Source: the human T2T-CHM13v2.0 reference genome, Homo sapiens
Length of the DNA stretch: 64,000 nt
Assembly (NCBI RefSeq): GCF_009914755.1
Contig: NC_060925.1
Strand: one strand, 5' to 3'
A program made the position numbers and the translations under genes. The notes beneath the pieces are model-generated. The model worked only from the letters and a program-made list of their open reading frames with translations, searched no databases and was not told the origin of the DNA. Positions within the stretch are counted from its first letter, which is position 1. The number at the start of each line of letters is the position of its first letter. Below, one piece after another: positions 1 through 13,200 of the stretch.

Positions 1-275
1 TCAACTGATGCAGAATTGGCAGGGGGCTCAGGATGATACCGTGTTTAATACTGTAAAATTAAGTGTGTTTGAAAGAGCAAAGTTTATATATTCTTTACCT
101 GGCTCAACAAAATTCCCTTGTCACCTCTGAAAACCATTTTCTAGAATGCAGGCTCCCTCTAGCCCAAAGCTTAAAATTATCAGTCATATTGAAAAGAAGA
201 ATGAAAACAAGTCCTCACACTGCTGTGTATTTGATTCTGGTTTAGAAATCCATTATCTTTAAAATATACCCATGT

Positions 276-683
276 TGTCAGTCAGGTTCCTCAGGAAGAA
301 GTTTCTGGGAGAGCACTGGGTAGTGAGTGCCCTCGCTTTGCAGGGAAGGAAGGGAACAGGACTCAGGAGAGCGAGAAGTCAAATAGTGATGCAGTTACAA
401 AAAGCCTAGGCATCTTGTGGCCCTGCTCCTTTGGGGACCTCTGGAGCTGGGATAGCTCTGCAGAGTTGCCCTGTATTGGGGCTAGGGGATCACATTGACT
501 CATCATGAGATGTGGGTGGCCCTAGGGGATGGGGTATCATCCTAGGTAAGTTGGCTATCTAAGGCAACTCCTAGAGAGCGACTCAGCTGAGCACTATGTA
601 TGGTCAACCCTTTTGGTGGCCGAGGGAATGAGTCTTAGTCTCAGTAGGGTGGATATGGGCAGCACACCACAGCATCCACTACA
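276..683 (-). mobile_element. Ancient ERVL solo LTR (LTR16/LTR33-like)
   Basis: Begins TGTCAGTCAGGTTCC and ends GGCAGCACACCACAGCATCCACTACA, the reverse complement of a TGTAGTGGATGCTGTGG LTR start. Confidence 0.55.
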
Positions 684-1939
684 ATGAAGATAAAGGGTCT
701 CAGCAAAATTCTGGGATTATTCAAAATTATCTAAGATTATTAAAAACTCTAAGATTTTTCAGTCTTTTCAAAAATTGCCAAAGTAAGCCCAGGGTGCCAA
801 ATTGCCAGTGTAATCTCTGAGCCATTGAAGTTTTCTTTATCTTTGAAGATAAAGCAAATTGATATGTAGCACTCCATTGCATCTTTAAAGAAAACCTCAG
901 TGGCCCAGAGAGATGGCATATTTCTTAGAAAATATAAGGAAAGGCTTTTGTTTGGAACCTTTCTACACATCAAATGAATAGCTTTTCCATAAAATAGATA
1001 GTAGTAAGAATACAGGGGCTCTTCTGGGTTTTGATCTGCAGGATGGTGTGGGACAGGGGTAGGGGTGTAGTGGCTCCATCACAATTTGCTTGGAAGAATG
1101 AAAGTGGTTGGCTTAGGCTTCACTACTCCAGCTTGAGTCCACATTCTTAGAGGATGAGCTAAAGGCTGCATTCTGGATCTTTCTGTGTAAGAAGTGGAGA
1201 AATCCGCTGCCAAGTATGGGAGCACTGGAGCCTTAAAATGGAATCCAAATACTGGTTGTGGATTTGGAACAGTGCCTTATATGGCATCATTGTTCAGAGC
1301 CACTTCAAGGAGTTAGGGTATCATTGTGGCATTGCCTACAATGCCACAATCAAGGGCTGTCTGAGATTCAGGAGATGAAGCAAGGAGATATCTGTGCCTA
1401 ATGTTGAAGAAAAGCATTTTTATGTCTGTTAACATTTATGGTGTCCGATTGAGTGGGTTAGCAAAATAAAGACAGATGGCAACAGATTAATGTGAACACT
1501 TACAATACCTACAATATTGCGCCCACTCCAGCTGAAGCTCTCCAGCTCAACTTCCTCCACGACTCACAGTCAAATGTCACTTAGTGACCCCGAAGAGAAG
1601 AACAATTTATGATGGATCAGGAATCAGGATTAACCATACATTTATCATGGAATAAGGAATCAGAAACTTCATTTAATGTATAACTGTGATGTTTGTCTGG
1701 GGCTGGTGGATCATTACTTTGCAATCACTCCTTGTGTTAGGAAGCAGGAATTGATTAGCCCAGGGTCATTAAGTCCATCCCCTGCCTCCAGGCTGTACAG
1801 TTTGTGTAAATGGTTCCAGCTGGATGTGCCTTTATGCTATTCTTAAGGAGCTCCTGAAGAGGAAATTACAAGATGTCCCAGAGGGGCACATTGTGAGGGT
1901 CTCACAGCCTTAAGCGCCAAGAAGTTCTTTTCCATATTT

Positions 1940-2135
1940 GAGGAGCATTGGACCAGGGAGTCATGAAACCTGGGCTCCCCATCAATTCAGATATTTAGTA
2001 GTGGTTAAACCTCGGAGTAACTGTTCTTTGACTTGGTTTTCTTTTTCATATGTAAGATGAGAATAAAAGCATTTCTCTTGATACCCACATGAGACTGTTG
2101 GAAGGATCAAAGGAGACAGTGATATGTAGAGCACC
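1940..2135 (+). mobile_element. MIR SINE relic
   Basis: Degenerate MIR segments: ggagtcatgaaacctggg ... tgtaagatgagaataa ... gttggaaggatcaaaggaga. Confidence 0.5.
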
Positions 2136-3477
2136 ATTGCATTTCTAAATTAGATTGCGATTTACCAACTTAAAGGTACAAATTGAGATCAATTAGATAC
2201 AATTAAAGACCGATGAGGCCCAAGGAGAAGCAGAGTGATTAAGAGTGGAAAGCCTCAGTGCATTTAGATTGAGAGAACAGGTATAAGATGGAGTCTATCA
2301 TGCTTAAGGTTGGACATTAGGTGCATTTGACTTGGTCATGTTCAAGCCTACTGTCTTCATCACAATGTGATACCAAAAGTTAAGTTATATAATATGGCTG
2401 TCTCAATTGTCATTGTTGGGTTTAAGTACTCCTTGGAATGATTTTTGCTTCTAGTTTAAGATGCTGTATGACCCAGAATGCACTATCCCATATTTGGCTG
2501 AATCCAATTACTAGTAAGATAGTGTGGGTGTTTTGGTGTTGAACCAGAAACCCATCCACTCATTGCACATGTGTTTCCATATCACATAATGAAAAATACA
2601 TTGTAACTCCAAGCCTTTGATGAATGATGGTCAATTTTTTCCAACACCGGAATTTTTCTAATGCCTGATAAATGTCTTTCATAATTCACTGAAACCTTTT
2701 GAGTACAAGAGAACATCCATTATAAAGCAGAGATATGAATTTTCCCTGGATATACCGTCTGACATGACCCACCTTTGCTTTGCTGGCATTTGAGTTGGGG
2801 CCGTTTTGTTGTTGCTGCCCAGTGGGCTATGCTGCTGCAGTGGAAGAGTTGTGACCCTCTCTCCTTCGATACTTGGACACAATTTGTCCTGTCTCTTTCA
2901 CCCTTGGAGAGCCTCACTGCTGGTCTGCATGATACCCGGTATCATTTTTATGATAAATGAAGGCCTTTCTTCAAGTACGGTATCTCTGCCCTGCTATGGT
3001 GTGGTAGTTTGGGGGAGGGGCGTAGGGGTCCTGGCAGAGGAGATATTCAAAAAACAACATAAAAATGCAAAAAACTCCTATACTGTCAATACAGTGTATG
3101 GGTGTTGTTTGTCAACTTTGACATGACCTATTGGGCAGGAAGTGTTGATAAAGAGGTTGTAAATGGAAGGAGCTGGAGAGTAAAGGCAATTTGGGAGCAT
3201 GAATAAGGAGGCCCAGGCCAGATTCCAAGGCAAGGGTTTTAAGCAGTCATAGAACATATGAAATGTACTGGAGTAAGGGAACAAGAGCAATGCAGAGAGG
3301 AACAGGGAGCAAGGGAGAGCTGTCCTGGGAGGATAAGAGAAGGGTGTGCCGAAAGAGCATCTCAAGACTGAATTTTGTGTGGAGTGAGCTCTGCTTGCTC
3401 TCCTTCTAGAGATTAAAACAGCTACTATTTCACTCTGCCAAATCAAATTTTACTTTTTTTGAACTCAAGCCAAAAGC

Positions 3478-3700
3478 ATTTGCTCATCCATTTACTCAAC
3501 AAATGTTTATTGAGTGCTTACTATACGTCAGGTAATGTTCCATTGTGCTGGGCGTATAGCAGTAAACCAAACAGGCAAAGTTCCCTGCCCCACTGGGGCT
3601 TCCATTCCTATGATATGTCATGGCTCTGGGCTACCCATCACAGACAAATAAGCATCTATGCTCATTCTTCGGATCATGGCTACTACTCTGTTAAAAGCCA
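3478..3700 (-). mobile_element. L2 3' end
   Basis: catttactcaacaaatgtttattgagtgcttactat...caggcaaagttccctgccc, the typical reverse L2 tail. Confidence 0.65.
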
Positions 3701-4644
3701 AAATTCTGAACCAACAAGACAATCCCTTCTCTGAAAAAGCTCATCATCCAATAAAGTGATTTATGCATGCACAATTAGTGATAAAAGGACAATATAGCAC
3801 ATGGGAAAAGATTTGAAAGAATGAGAATTACTCCCTCCTAATTTTGTTTGACCCCCTACTTTGAGCTCTTGCCCTTAAACCATATAATTATATAATGCCT
3901 AACAGATCACAAACTGCATTTGACATCTATTATCTGACTGCATTCCCTGAACAATTACTTATCTTAGATAAAACAGGCATTATTGTTTGCAAATTTGAGA
4001 ATATAAATGCTCAAATGTGAATGGTACTTTTAAAAAAAATGCAGAATTCTGTATTTCCCTTTCCATTTCATGTCAGACCACATGCCCTGACTTTCCTAAC
4101 CTCTCCTCGCCATTGGGAGACTAAACTATTGAGTGTAAGAGACTAGGTAAGCCAGTGGCAGTGAGCTGGCTCTGAGAGGTTACTAATCATGGCTAACCAA
4201 GTGGGTGCAAAGGGAAGTATGGTGTGGTGGGTGCTGGAGAGGCATTTTGTGCTGTAATTGGCCATGCATGCCCAATTTATGTGTAATGCAATGTGGGGAG
4301 GAGTGTTATAAGATATTAAACATTTCTAGTGAACATTTTTTTCCCCTCCACCTACGGACAACCTTTAATGTGCACAGATGTATGGCTTTTTCCTGTCAAG
4401 CAGATCCTACCAAAGGAAGGCTGAACAGTGAAAATGGAAGGCAGCCAGAAAGAAAGAGGGCAGGTTTCTTTGCAGTCCTCTTTTGGGAAGTTTTTTCTCC
4501 TTTCCCAAAATGCGGGGGCAGGAGGACTAGTTCTCCTCGGATGCTCTCAGGACAGATGCAAGAAATCACTGCAGTCCAAAATCAGGAAGACTGCTGAACA
4601 AAGACAGGTTTTCCCCAGCAATATGCGTTTAGAAGTTTGTCAGT

Positions 4645-4830
4645 CCTTTTTATCCTTACCATCATCCTGAGAGTCGGGGATAGGGTGAGGTACTGCTAGC
4701 CCCACTTTATAGACAAGAAAACTAAAACCGAGATCTTAAAAGAGTCTGCAGAGATTACAAATGAGTTACAAGTAAAGTGGAGATTTGAATTCAAGTGTCT
4801 TGACATTTAAGCCACAGGTTTCTTTTTCTA
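4645..4830 (-). mobile_element. MIR SINE
   Basis: cccactttatagacaagaaaactaa ... gatttgaattcaagtgtcttgac core. Confidence 0.6.
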
Positions 4831-5001
4831 TGCTACAGTTTTTCCCCCATGAATAAAAAGTGAAGAGGAATTGATGGTTAAATTAAACTTGGTAACTAGT
4901 TATATACATGTGTAAATTCAATTATTTGGAAGCCGGCATGAAGTTTACTCACAGTATTATTTTTGTTCTTCTCAACTAATTGTAGTTCTCCAAGTCTTAG
5001 G

Positions 5002-5160
5002 GTAACAGTTTTCAACCTTGCTGCACATCTGGAACTTCTCAAAAACATGGATGTGTGCGTATGTGTGTCCATGTACATGTGCATGTGCTTTTGTGTGTGT
5101 GTGTGTGTGGGTGGGTGTGTGTAGGAGGTTGCAATGGGTAACCAGGTTTGGAAACTACTA
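5002..5160. mobile_element. MER5-like hAT MITE containing a (TG)n tract (~5092-5122)
   Basis: ttttcaaccttgctgcacat start and caggtttggaaactac end flank a TG-rich run. Confidence 0.45.
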
Positions 5161-5295
5161 TCAGGTTTGGTGCTTAAGCAGAGTTTAGCTTTAATGTATG
5201 GCTTGACCAGGTCTCCCCAAATGGTGTCCCAACAGTGATCAGGCTCTTAGCTTACCAAGGCCCGTATTTGGTTGGCATACATAGAACAACCTACC

Positions 5296-5902
5296 TCTAG
5301 TAGGCAGAATTTTGTAATGACCCTCAATGACCCATGTCCTGTATATTCCTCTCCCCTTTAGATCTGTGAATATGATGGTGATATAATCTCTTGATTGGTT
5401 TACATGAATAACAAAAGATCAGTGAATTTTGCAGACTCAACTAAAGCCTCCAATCAGTTGACTTCAATTTAATCAAAAGGAAAATTATTGTGAGTGGGTC
5501 TGACCTAGCTAAATGAGCCATTTAAAAGAGGATCTACAAGTCAGAGTCAGAAGAAGCAACAGAGATGTTGGCCTGTTAGCTGTGAATAAACAAACTACTA
5601 TGTTGTGGATAGAGTCACACAGTTAGGAAGGGCAGGTGGCCTCTGGGAGCTGAAGTCTTCAGTCCTACAACCTCAAGAAATAGAATTTTACAGAATCAGT
5701 GAACTTGGAAAAAGACTCTGAGACCCAGATGAGAACAGATGACGTCTTGATTTCAGCCTGTGAGACACTGAGCAGAGAACCCGAATAGCCAGTGCCTGGA
5801 CTCCTGACCCATGGGAACTGTGAGATAATAAAGTTGTGTTTTTTCTGGTCTCAAAGTTTGTAGTAATTTGTTACACAGCAGTTAAAAAAAAATCCAAATA
5901 CA
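5296..5902 (+). mobile_element. MaLR solo LTR (MLT1D/E-like)
   Basis: Starts tagtaggcagaat; internal aatcagttgact..aatcaaaagg; ends gtaatttgttacacagca...aataca; 5-bp TSD ctacc/ttacc. Confidence 0.75.
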
Positions 5903-6078
5903 TTACCAAAATCAAAATAAAGATTTTCTAGGACAATGGCTAATAAATTGCAAACATCTTGGAACTATTTCAGTGCTTTTTAAAAAAACGTCAAAATTCT
6001 AGGCAAAAAAGAACCACACGGTAAAAAAAGTCTGAAGGTTAGACGTACTTGCATCCAAATCTTCACTCACTTCTAACC

Positions 6079-6081
<3 letters not shown>

Positions 6082-6121
<40 letters not shown>
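6082..6121 (+). repeat. (GT)20 microsatellite
   Basis: Pure GT run. Confidence 0.95.
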
Positions 6122-6124
<3 letters not shown>

Positions 6125-6141
6125 AAATATGGATAAGCAAT

Positions 6142-6820
6142 ATTTTATTAAAAAACACATAATTTACATATCACTAAATTCATTCCTTTAAAATGTACAG
6201 TCAACTAATTTTTAGTATATTCACAAGGCTGTGTATCTATCATCACTATCTAGCTCCAGAATATTTTAATTCCCCCAAAGGAAGCTCTCAACCCCTTAGC
6301 AATCATTCTCCATTTCTCCTTCTTCCTAACCCTTGCAACCACGTATCTACTTTCTATCTCTATGATTTGCCTATTCTGGATAGTTAATATAAATGGAATC
6401 ATAGAATACGTGGGGGTTTTTTTGGTCTGCTTCTTTAATTTGGCCTAATGTTTTCAAGTTTCATTTATTATATAATAAACAAAATATGTTATACCTATTC
6501 TAGGAATATTATTTAGCCATAAAAAGGAATGAAGTACCTTTTGATTTATGGATTTTATCTTTTGGTTGTTAGGTACATATATGTTTGTATTATATCCTCT
6601 TGATAGATTGACACTTTCATTATTCTAAAATGTCCTTTGTCTATAGTAACCACTTCTAACTTAAAGTCAATTTTGACTGATATTGGTATAAGCCACTCCA
6701 ACTCTCTCCCGTTTACTATTTGCATATTGTATTTTTTCTATGGTTTTACTTTCAATCTATCTTCATCTTTGAATCTAAATATGTCACTTGTAGACAGTAT
6801 ATAGTTGTCATTATAGTACT
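6142..6820 (-). mobile_element. Old L1M fragments: L1MB-like 3' end (6142-6470), inverted ORF2-end piece (6471-6537), endonuclease-region piece (6540-6820)
   Basis: aattcattcctttaaaatgtacag...ttttagtatattcac 3' UTR; plus-strand agccataaaaaggaatgaagtac; gatattggtatagccactcca EN region. Confidence 0.7.
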
Positions 6821-6847
6821 TTTGTTAAGATATGTATCAGCCTAGTG

Positions 6848-7267
6848 TACTGACGTAGAAGCCTGGCTCTCCTCAACATTTGTGCTTCCTCTTCTAGAGT
6901 ATAGAGTTGTTGAAAGGAAGTTATTTTTCAGCAGAGACTGTATCTTCAGCTTCATCTCTCTTATATCTAAGGGATCATCTAATTGGTTTTCACCAATGTA
7001 TTGTAAGCACTGTGTTGATGCTGAGTCAAAGAGGTTAAGAAATAAGTGTGCTTCTCTTTCTTCATTTCTCAGTTTGATGCAAAAGAGCACATTGATTTTG
7101 GGAGCCATGTGTTTGAACATAGTGAAGGTACAAGATGGAAGGAGTCTGGGAGCCTGGATGATACTTGGAAGAACATCTACTTTGGTGTTTTTGAGTGAGA
7201 AGTAAACTTTTGTTGTATTTTATCCATTAAGGCATTTTGTTAGAGCAGATAGGATCACCCTAATACA
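6848..7267 (+). mobile_element. MaLR LTR (MLT1J/K-like), possibly followed by MLT1-int to ~8450
   Basis: ggagccatgtgtt..caagatggaaggagtctggg..gagtgagaagtaaactttt..tttgttagagcag..taataca. Confidence 0.55.
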
Positions 7268-10200
7268 AAAGATGGTCTGATGAAAGCACTGGTACTACAG
7301 GATAAGACTAACATCTGCTCAATACATGATCCTCTATGTGGTAGTGACACTTTTGGTAAAATTATTTCCCTGAATCATGTGTATTTGAGGATCTCAGAGT
7401 AGGATCTCTACTGTATAGTCAGACAATCTGGGCATACATGGACCTGTCTATCTGGGCTGGTATAATGATCTGGTAAAACTCTTTTGGATAGCAGGGAGAA
7501 TTCACAGCTGTCAGGTTGGGGCTGATGACTTGCTTCCCGAGGAGAAGACCCTCCCAAGAACAAATGGCTAGGCTTTAACTTCCTAGCTAATACGTTAGAC
7601 TGAGGAACAATGGATTCCTTTTATGTAGGTCCAGGAAAGCTTCTCTAGGCCAAGGTCAGACTCTTAAAAGAGACTATGTTAAGATGGAAATATCTGGCTA
7701 GAGGATTGATGTCAGTTTTCACATCTGGAGAGTCATTCTGGGAGTCAGGAATGTCAGAGAAAGTTGAGAAAATGCTATGAGGTGGGAGCAGAGGACACTT
7801 GCAGTGATTTGGGACACATGTGAGACACACCAGGGACCCCTTGAATCAGAGAGATATGGGCTAGGGAGTCTCGAGATTTTTCCAGTGAGGGTTACGTAAG
7901 GGGCACCTCTTTTGTTGCTTTATTGTGACATACATTTCTGATTGAACCGTCAGGCTTTTGAAACCTGAGGAAATGTGGCCTATACATATGCTATGATGAG
8001 CTGGGTTATGCAGCTTATAGTGGAGGCAGAAAAAGATGCTGTGATTTGCGTCTATTCTTTGCTCATTCTCTTTCATTGTCTGAAGTCCACTTTTTCCCTA
8101 ATTGTATGACCACTGGGACTAGAGACCCCATGGACGGAGTTCTGAGCAATCTAGGGGAATGCTGTAATAAGAAGCTGCTTCCTATTGATCTCCCCCTCCC
8201 AGTAAGCTCTGTATTTGGATTGCTTTGGATGTGGGGGGGAGTGGGGTGAGGGCAAACATCCAGGAACTTACATTTCCAAGAGCTTTGTGGCTTATACTCA
8301 GAAACTCAGTGAACTGATAATGATGGCAAGCAGAGGTTAAATCCCCATCTCATCATCAAACTGGGAAGAATAAAGGATTTGTATTCAGTCACACAATGTG
8401 GAATGAGGGCAGCTCTTAAAATGATTGCTTAGGGTGCTTTTTTCTCATAGCCTCTATCTGTATGTGATAAAATTTGCTCAAAAAGAAAATTTTGACTAGA
8501 TATATAATAAATGAGAAATGCCCTTGGGAAAAGGGAAACACCTGTTTTTCCCGCACTCTGTTCAATTCCTACCAGTTAATTCCTCAGGAATATTTAGGTG
8601 GCAGACATCAACAATACAGCACCCTGCCTTCCCTAGCCCCTCCCCAACACAAGTCCCTTTGGCATTTTAAATTAAGAGTTATTTTTTCTTCTTTAGCAGA
8701 CCAGTTTGCCTTTATACTGCCTCCATGGGGCCATGGGAGTACCCTGTCCCTGAATGTACACAAACCCATTTGGAAAACCTGATGTGGAAATGATCCATAC
8801 AAACAAGAGAATGCCTTTGCTTTTGACCATACATGGATCTTGGCACTGTGTGTGGGGAATTTTCCTGGGCTGTTACACAGCCTCTGCCCTGTGCCCTTGG
8901 TGGGGAGGCGGCTGTGCTTTCTTTAGCATGGGTGCTTTTAGAGGGTGACCGCTCAAAAACCTCAGATACTTTCCCCTCACAACAGAAGGGGCCTGCCCCG
9001 GGATTTCAGCCAGCACAGAAATGACCCAAAGGGAGATGTTTCTGAACATTCTCTTCCTTGAAATCCATTTCTATTCCTCACCATAGCTTTGCAAGAACTT
9101 CTTTTACGACAGCCTCCTGCAGAAGTTTAAAACATTTTCTTTTCCACTTAATTTACTTTCCAATGTCTTACTCATACTTGGCTTCTGTCTTTATTTTACT
9201 TCTTTGAGAGTTGAACGTACTAATATTATTTAATAGCCATATATACACCTTCCCACACAGGGGCTACATCCTTGTTATATTACAAGCCCGCAGCTCCTCA
9301 TTTTATTCCTCGAAATCAAGAGGAAAACCCCCAACAGAGCGTGCTAGATAATTAGCTTGACTACTGTTTGCTGCAGAACACATTTTTGGTTGGCTTTGGC
9401 CTTCAGGCCTCAGTGGAGGGGGCAGTCAGAATGACGGCAGCCTGCTGCAGCCAGATCCAGCTACCTCACCACAGCCCGTAATTGTTTATGAATTAAGCTT
9501 TTGCCAAACAAATCTACACGTTGTCTAAACCTTCCATCCCCAGGGTGCATTCCAGCCCACCCACGAAAGCGCAGCGTGGGGCTGCACTTTGAAACGTCTT
9601 ATTCCATCCTTGACAGAGTTGGTTGGGATTCAAACTTTTTGGTTTTTATCTTTATTGGCAGCATCAGCTAAATCTGGGATTGTTTCTGATCGCCTTTAAA
9701 TGGTGGCACAGGTGTCACATGTCAAAACTGAGTTCACATCTCTTTACGCCATAACCTATCCCCTGAGAACGGTGTCCCTTTCTGCTCCACAGCTAGTCCC
9801 CCGCCCTGCAAGACAGGAAAGCCCTAGTGGAAAGTCCTCCCTCACACACAGTGGATAGAGTAATCCAGCAGGAATAAGCCAACAGTTGCTGCTTGGTATT
9901 TGAACATCATTTAATGAGTGCCTAGAATTCATCTGTAAATGCACATTGTTAATTTAGGGCCTGCTCTTCATTAATTAGGGGTTTAGTGGCAAGTGCCATT
10001 GAGCTATCTGCAATGTTTAAGGTTACATCAAGCCCTAGTAAACGGCTTGCTGATAACAAGATGCATCCATCTTCATTACTCGGCCACTCCTGTCTGACTT
10101 TGCTCAGCATCTTCGAAGGGCTATGCCTCTTGGAACTGAAGAATTAAACTTTTATCCAAACCAGACTCTGCTCTTTCACCTCTTCTGATTCCTTGAGTAC

Positions 10201-13200
10201 TTCCCATTTATTCTGCCTAAATGACATCTGATTACCTAACATGGAGTGGAGCAGGGTCTTAACCTAAAGCAGTCTGCAGATCTCAGTTCTCAGCTGGAAA
10301 GTTCCAGCGGGTTAACGCTAAGGAAGCCCTCACATTTCCATTTCATCTGATACTGGGCTCAGTGTAAAAGAAATAGTTTCGAATTTTTCTTCTCATAAGG
10401 TTGCAGTTCCAATACAATTTTTTTCTTAAGCCAGAGAAGTACAGGAAATTAATTTTAAACCTGAAGAATAAATGTCCCTATTGGTTCGAGTTTACTTCTG
10501 CAGCGTTTCTCTCTCTCAAAGTATGTATTATTTGAGGCAATCATGGTGCCAAATGAAATAATTCCAACCACCTAAAGAGCCTTACATGTTGAGTCTCAGC
10601 TGTACAAACGTAGTCATGTTGGAGGTACACACTCAGTCACCAGAGGGGCTCCAAACCTGGACTCCTTTTCCATTTCTAGGCCCGCAGTTGAAGCAGGCAG
10701 TGAGAACCAACATTTAGAGGGAACTGCTCTTAAAGAAAATTGTGTAAGTGCAAGTTTGTTTATCCTTCAAATGCTGGGTTAGAGGACTTGCATAAAAACT
10801 TCCATTGACAGAGGGTCTCTGTAAGTAGCTGATTCCAAGAAAGGAGACAGCTACCTGGCATGGCTGTTTAACACATTAGGGTGCTTGCAGGGAGAGCCTA
10901 CTGCTCCCCTGAACCATGGTTCAATTTTAAGCATCACTGACTAGGATGGGTTATTGTAACTATGTTGAGAACTGAGCTTGGAGAGCCTGATGCTCAGTGT
11001 ATGTGAGGGAGAGGGGAGGAGGAGGAGGAGCTGCCTACTGGAATGATAGCCCAAGGGAGGGTATCTGAAAACCTTTGCACCACTGAGCTGGCACACTTAT
11101 CACAGGGTGACAGTCTATACCAGGGGCCTGCAGTGCATTGCTGTTTGTGGTGCATGCTGCCAACTGGCTTAGAAAATGCAGATTCCCCTCTCAGATAGAG
11201 AGAGTAGGAGGCAAAATGTCAGTTGACTGACATTCTCAACAATAAGTCTTTCTCCGCTCAGCATGCTGGAGTGTGGATCTGTGGATCCCAGCCTGGTCGG
11301 CTGGGCTGGAGTAGGAGGTAGCTCTTCCCAGAGAAGGCTCCCCTCTCTGTTGTTACCATGAGCCCACCAGGGGCTAGCATTCAGCTGGCAGGCCCCCATC
11401 ACTTCTCACAGGTTAGCAACAATGCCATCTTGTTTTCTCTCCTTTCAGTTTTTGTAATTAAATTCCACAAACACTAAGGTTAAAAAAAAAAAAACATGAG
11501 TTGTATCTGCAGAGCATCTTCTTGTTATACATCTTACTAAACACAAAATAGAGACTATGGTGAGAAAAAAAGCAAAGCAAACAAACGGCTTGGTTTATAA
11601 TGTTTAGTCATGAAGTTACCCACATTATATGTGATTGAAAGAGACGATCTTAAGCCGAGGATTTCTTAATTTACCAGAATGATGCGCTGGACACTTGAAG
11701 TAAGAGCCCTTTGAAGCTGACGTGCTGCAGGATAAAACACACTCTTTCTCTGGAAAAGAGAAAGCCAAGATACTGTGGGGGCACAAGGAACAATGAAGCC
11801 AATGAAACGGAGGTCAGAGCTGAAGGTTTCTGCTACAAGCAAGCTATATACAGGTATTTTAATTTTTTTTCATTCAGCCAGAAATTCTGCTGTACGACCC
11901 AGAGCACTGCATGCAGACTGAGAGTCAGAAAAGCACTCAATTGTTCAATTTTTATCATTCAATATTATATTAAAAATTTTTAGGCTCTTCGGGTCAAGGC
12001 GACTTTTAAAAGGTTAAAAGCTATTCAAAAGGGTTACCATATCCATAAAAGCAAATGAGATTAAGCCTAAAGACTGATGGAGAAAAAACAGTAATTTAGA
12101 TAAACTGCCACCGCCTCAAAAATGTTTTGACTTTTACCAGGGAAAGGGAATTCAAAGATTCTTGGATTGGTTGTCATATTAAAGAAAGATTCATTAAATG
12201 TGAAGCAATTATTTTAGTGCTTTTTATTGTTTGGTGTGTTTTAGACTGGGTTCCACCTTTCTTCTGTTACATTCTTTATAATGGTTTGGGAGGTGTAATT
12301 GCATGGCTTCAACGTCCATCTGTCAACTATTGACCTCACTGGTTGTACATCTGTAACATCAGACACTGTTGTCATGGAAAGAATTACGATGTTTCAATCC
12401 AATGTACTGCAAAGTTAGCAAACCCATAACATGGTCGGGATCACATGGAAGGGTTTAGAAAATCTGTTTCAGAGGGCTCAGAGAAAAGTGAATAGGATAT
12501 TCCCCATTAACTCTTATCTCCACTACTTACCATTGTTGAGAAAGTTATTCCATGACAACAGAAGACCTCAATTTGAACCTTGAACACTTCTGAAGAGAGT
12601 ACTCCAAACCAAAATGTTGGGGTTCAGTAACTGAGACAAAAACCATTACATGCTTTCAATATGAAGTTACATTTGTATCATTGATTGACTTGGTGGAAAC
12701 TATGGAATGTCTGTCCTTATGGGGCGTCTTTAATTTTTGCTCAAAGTACTTAAAAGTGTGCTTTAGTCTGGCTTTTGTCCTGATCTCAAAAAACTGAACC
12801 TGCTAGAAAGCGGGTCTCTTAGAGCTGGTAGACCAGCCAGAGGAGATTACAGCAATCAGAGTTAGGTGATATTTGCTCAAAAGTCTATGGATATAGAATA
12901 ACAAATTTTCTCAACATAAAAGTGAAAAGTCGATATAAAAATTTAATTTGATCTGCTGAGAAAAGTTGGTCTGGCCTGATAAAATTAAATGGATAGAAAT
13001 AATATTTTGGAGACTTAAATTTTATTTTCATTGTCTTGCGACTGAACAAATAAGTACTCTAAGTAAGAAGAAGGGCTAAAATTCCCATTTCATGAGAAAT
13101 ATTCTCTAACAAAGAGTTTTTGGGCTACATATTTTTCACTTTCATAAATTCTAAAAGGAGAATAGTTGATGTGGACATTAAAATAATTGGCTTTCTTGGA

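Noticed and set aside
9405-9428. CTCF site (..GGAGGGGGCAG)
   Set aside because: Only the 3' half matches; the 5' CCAC core is absent
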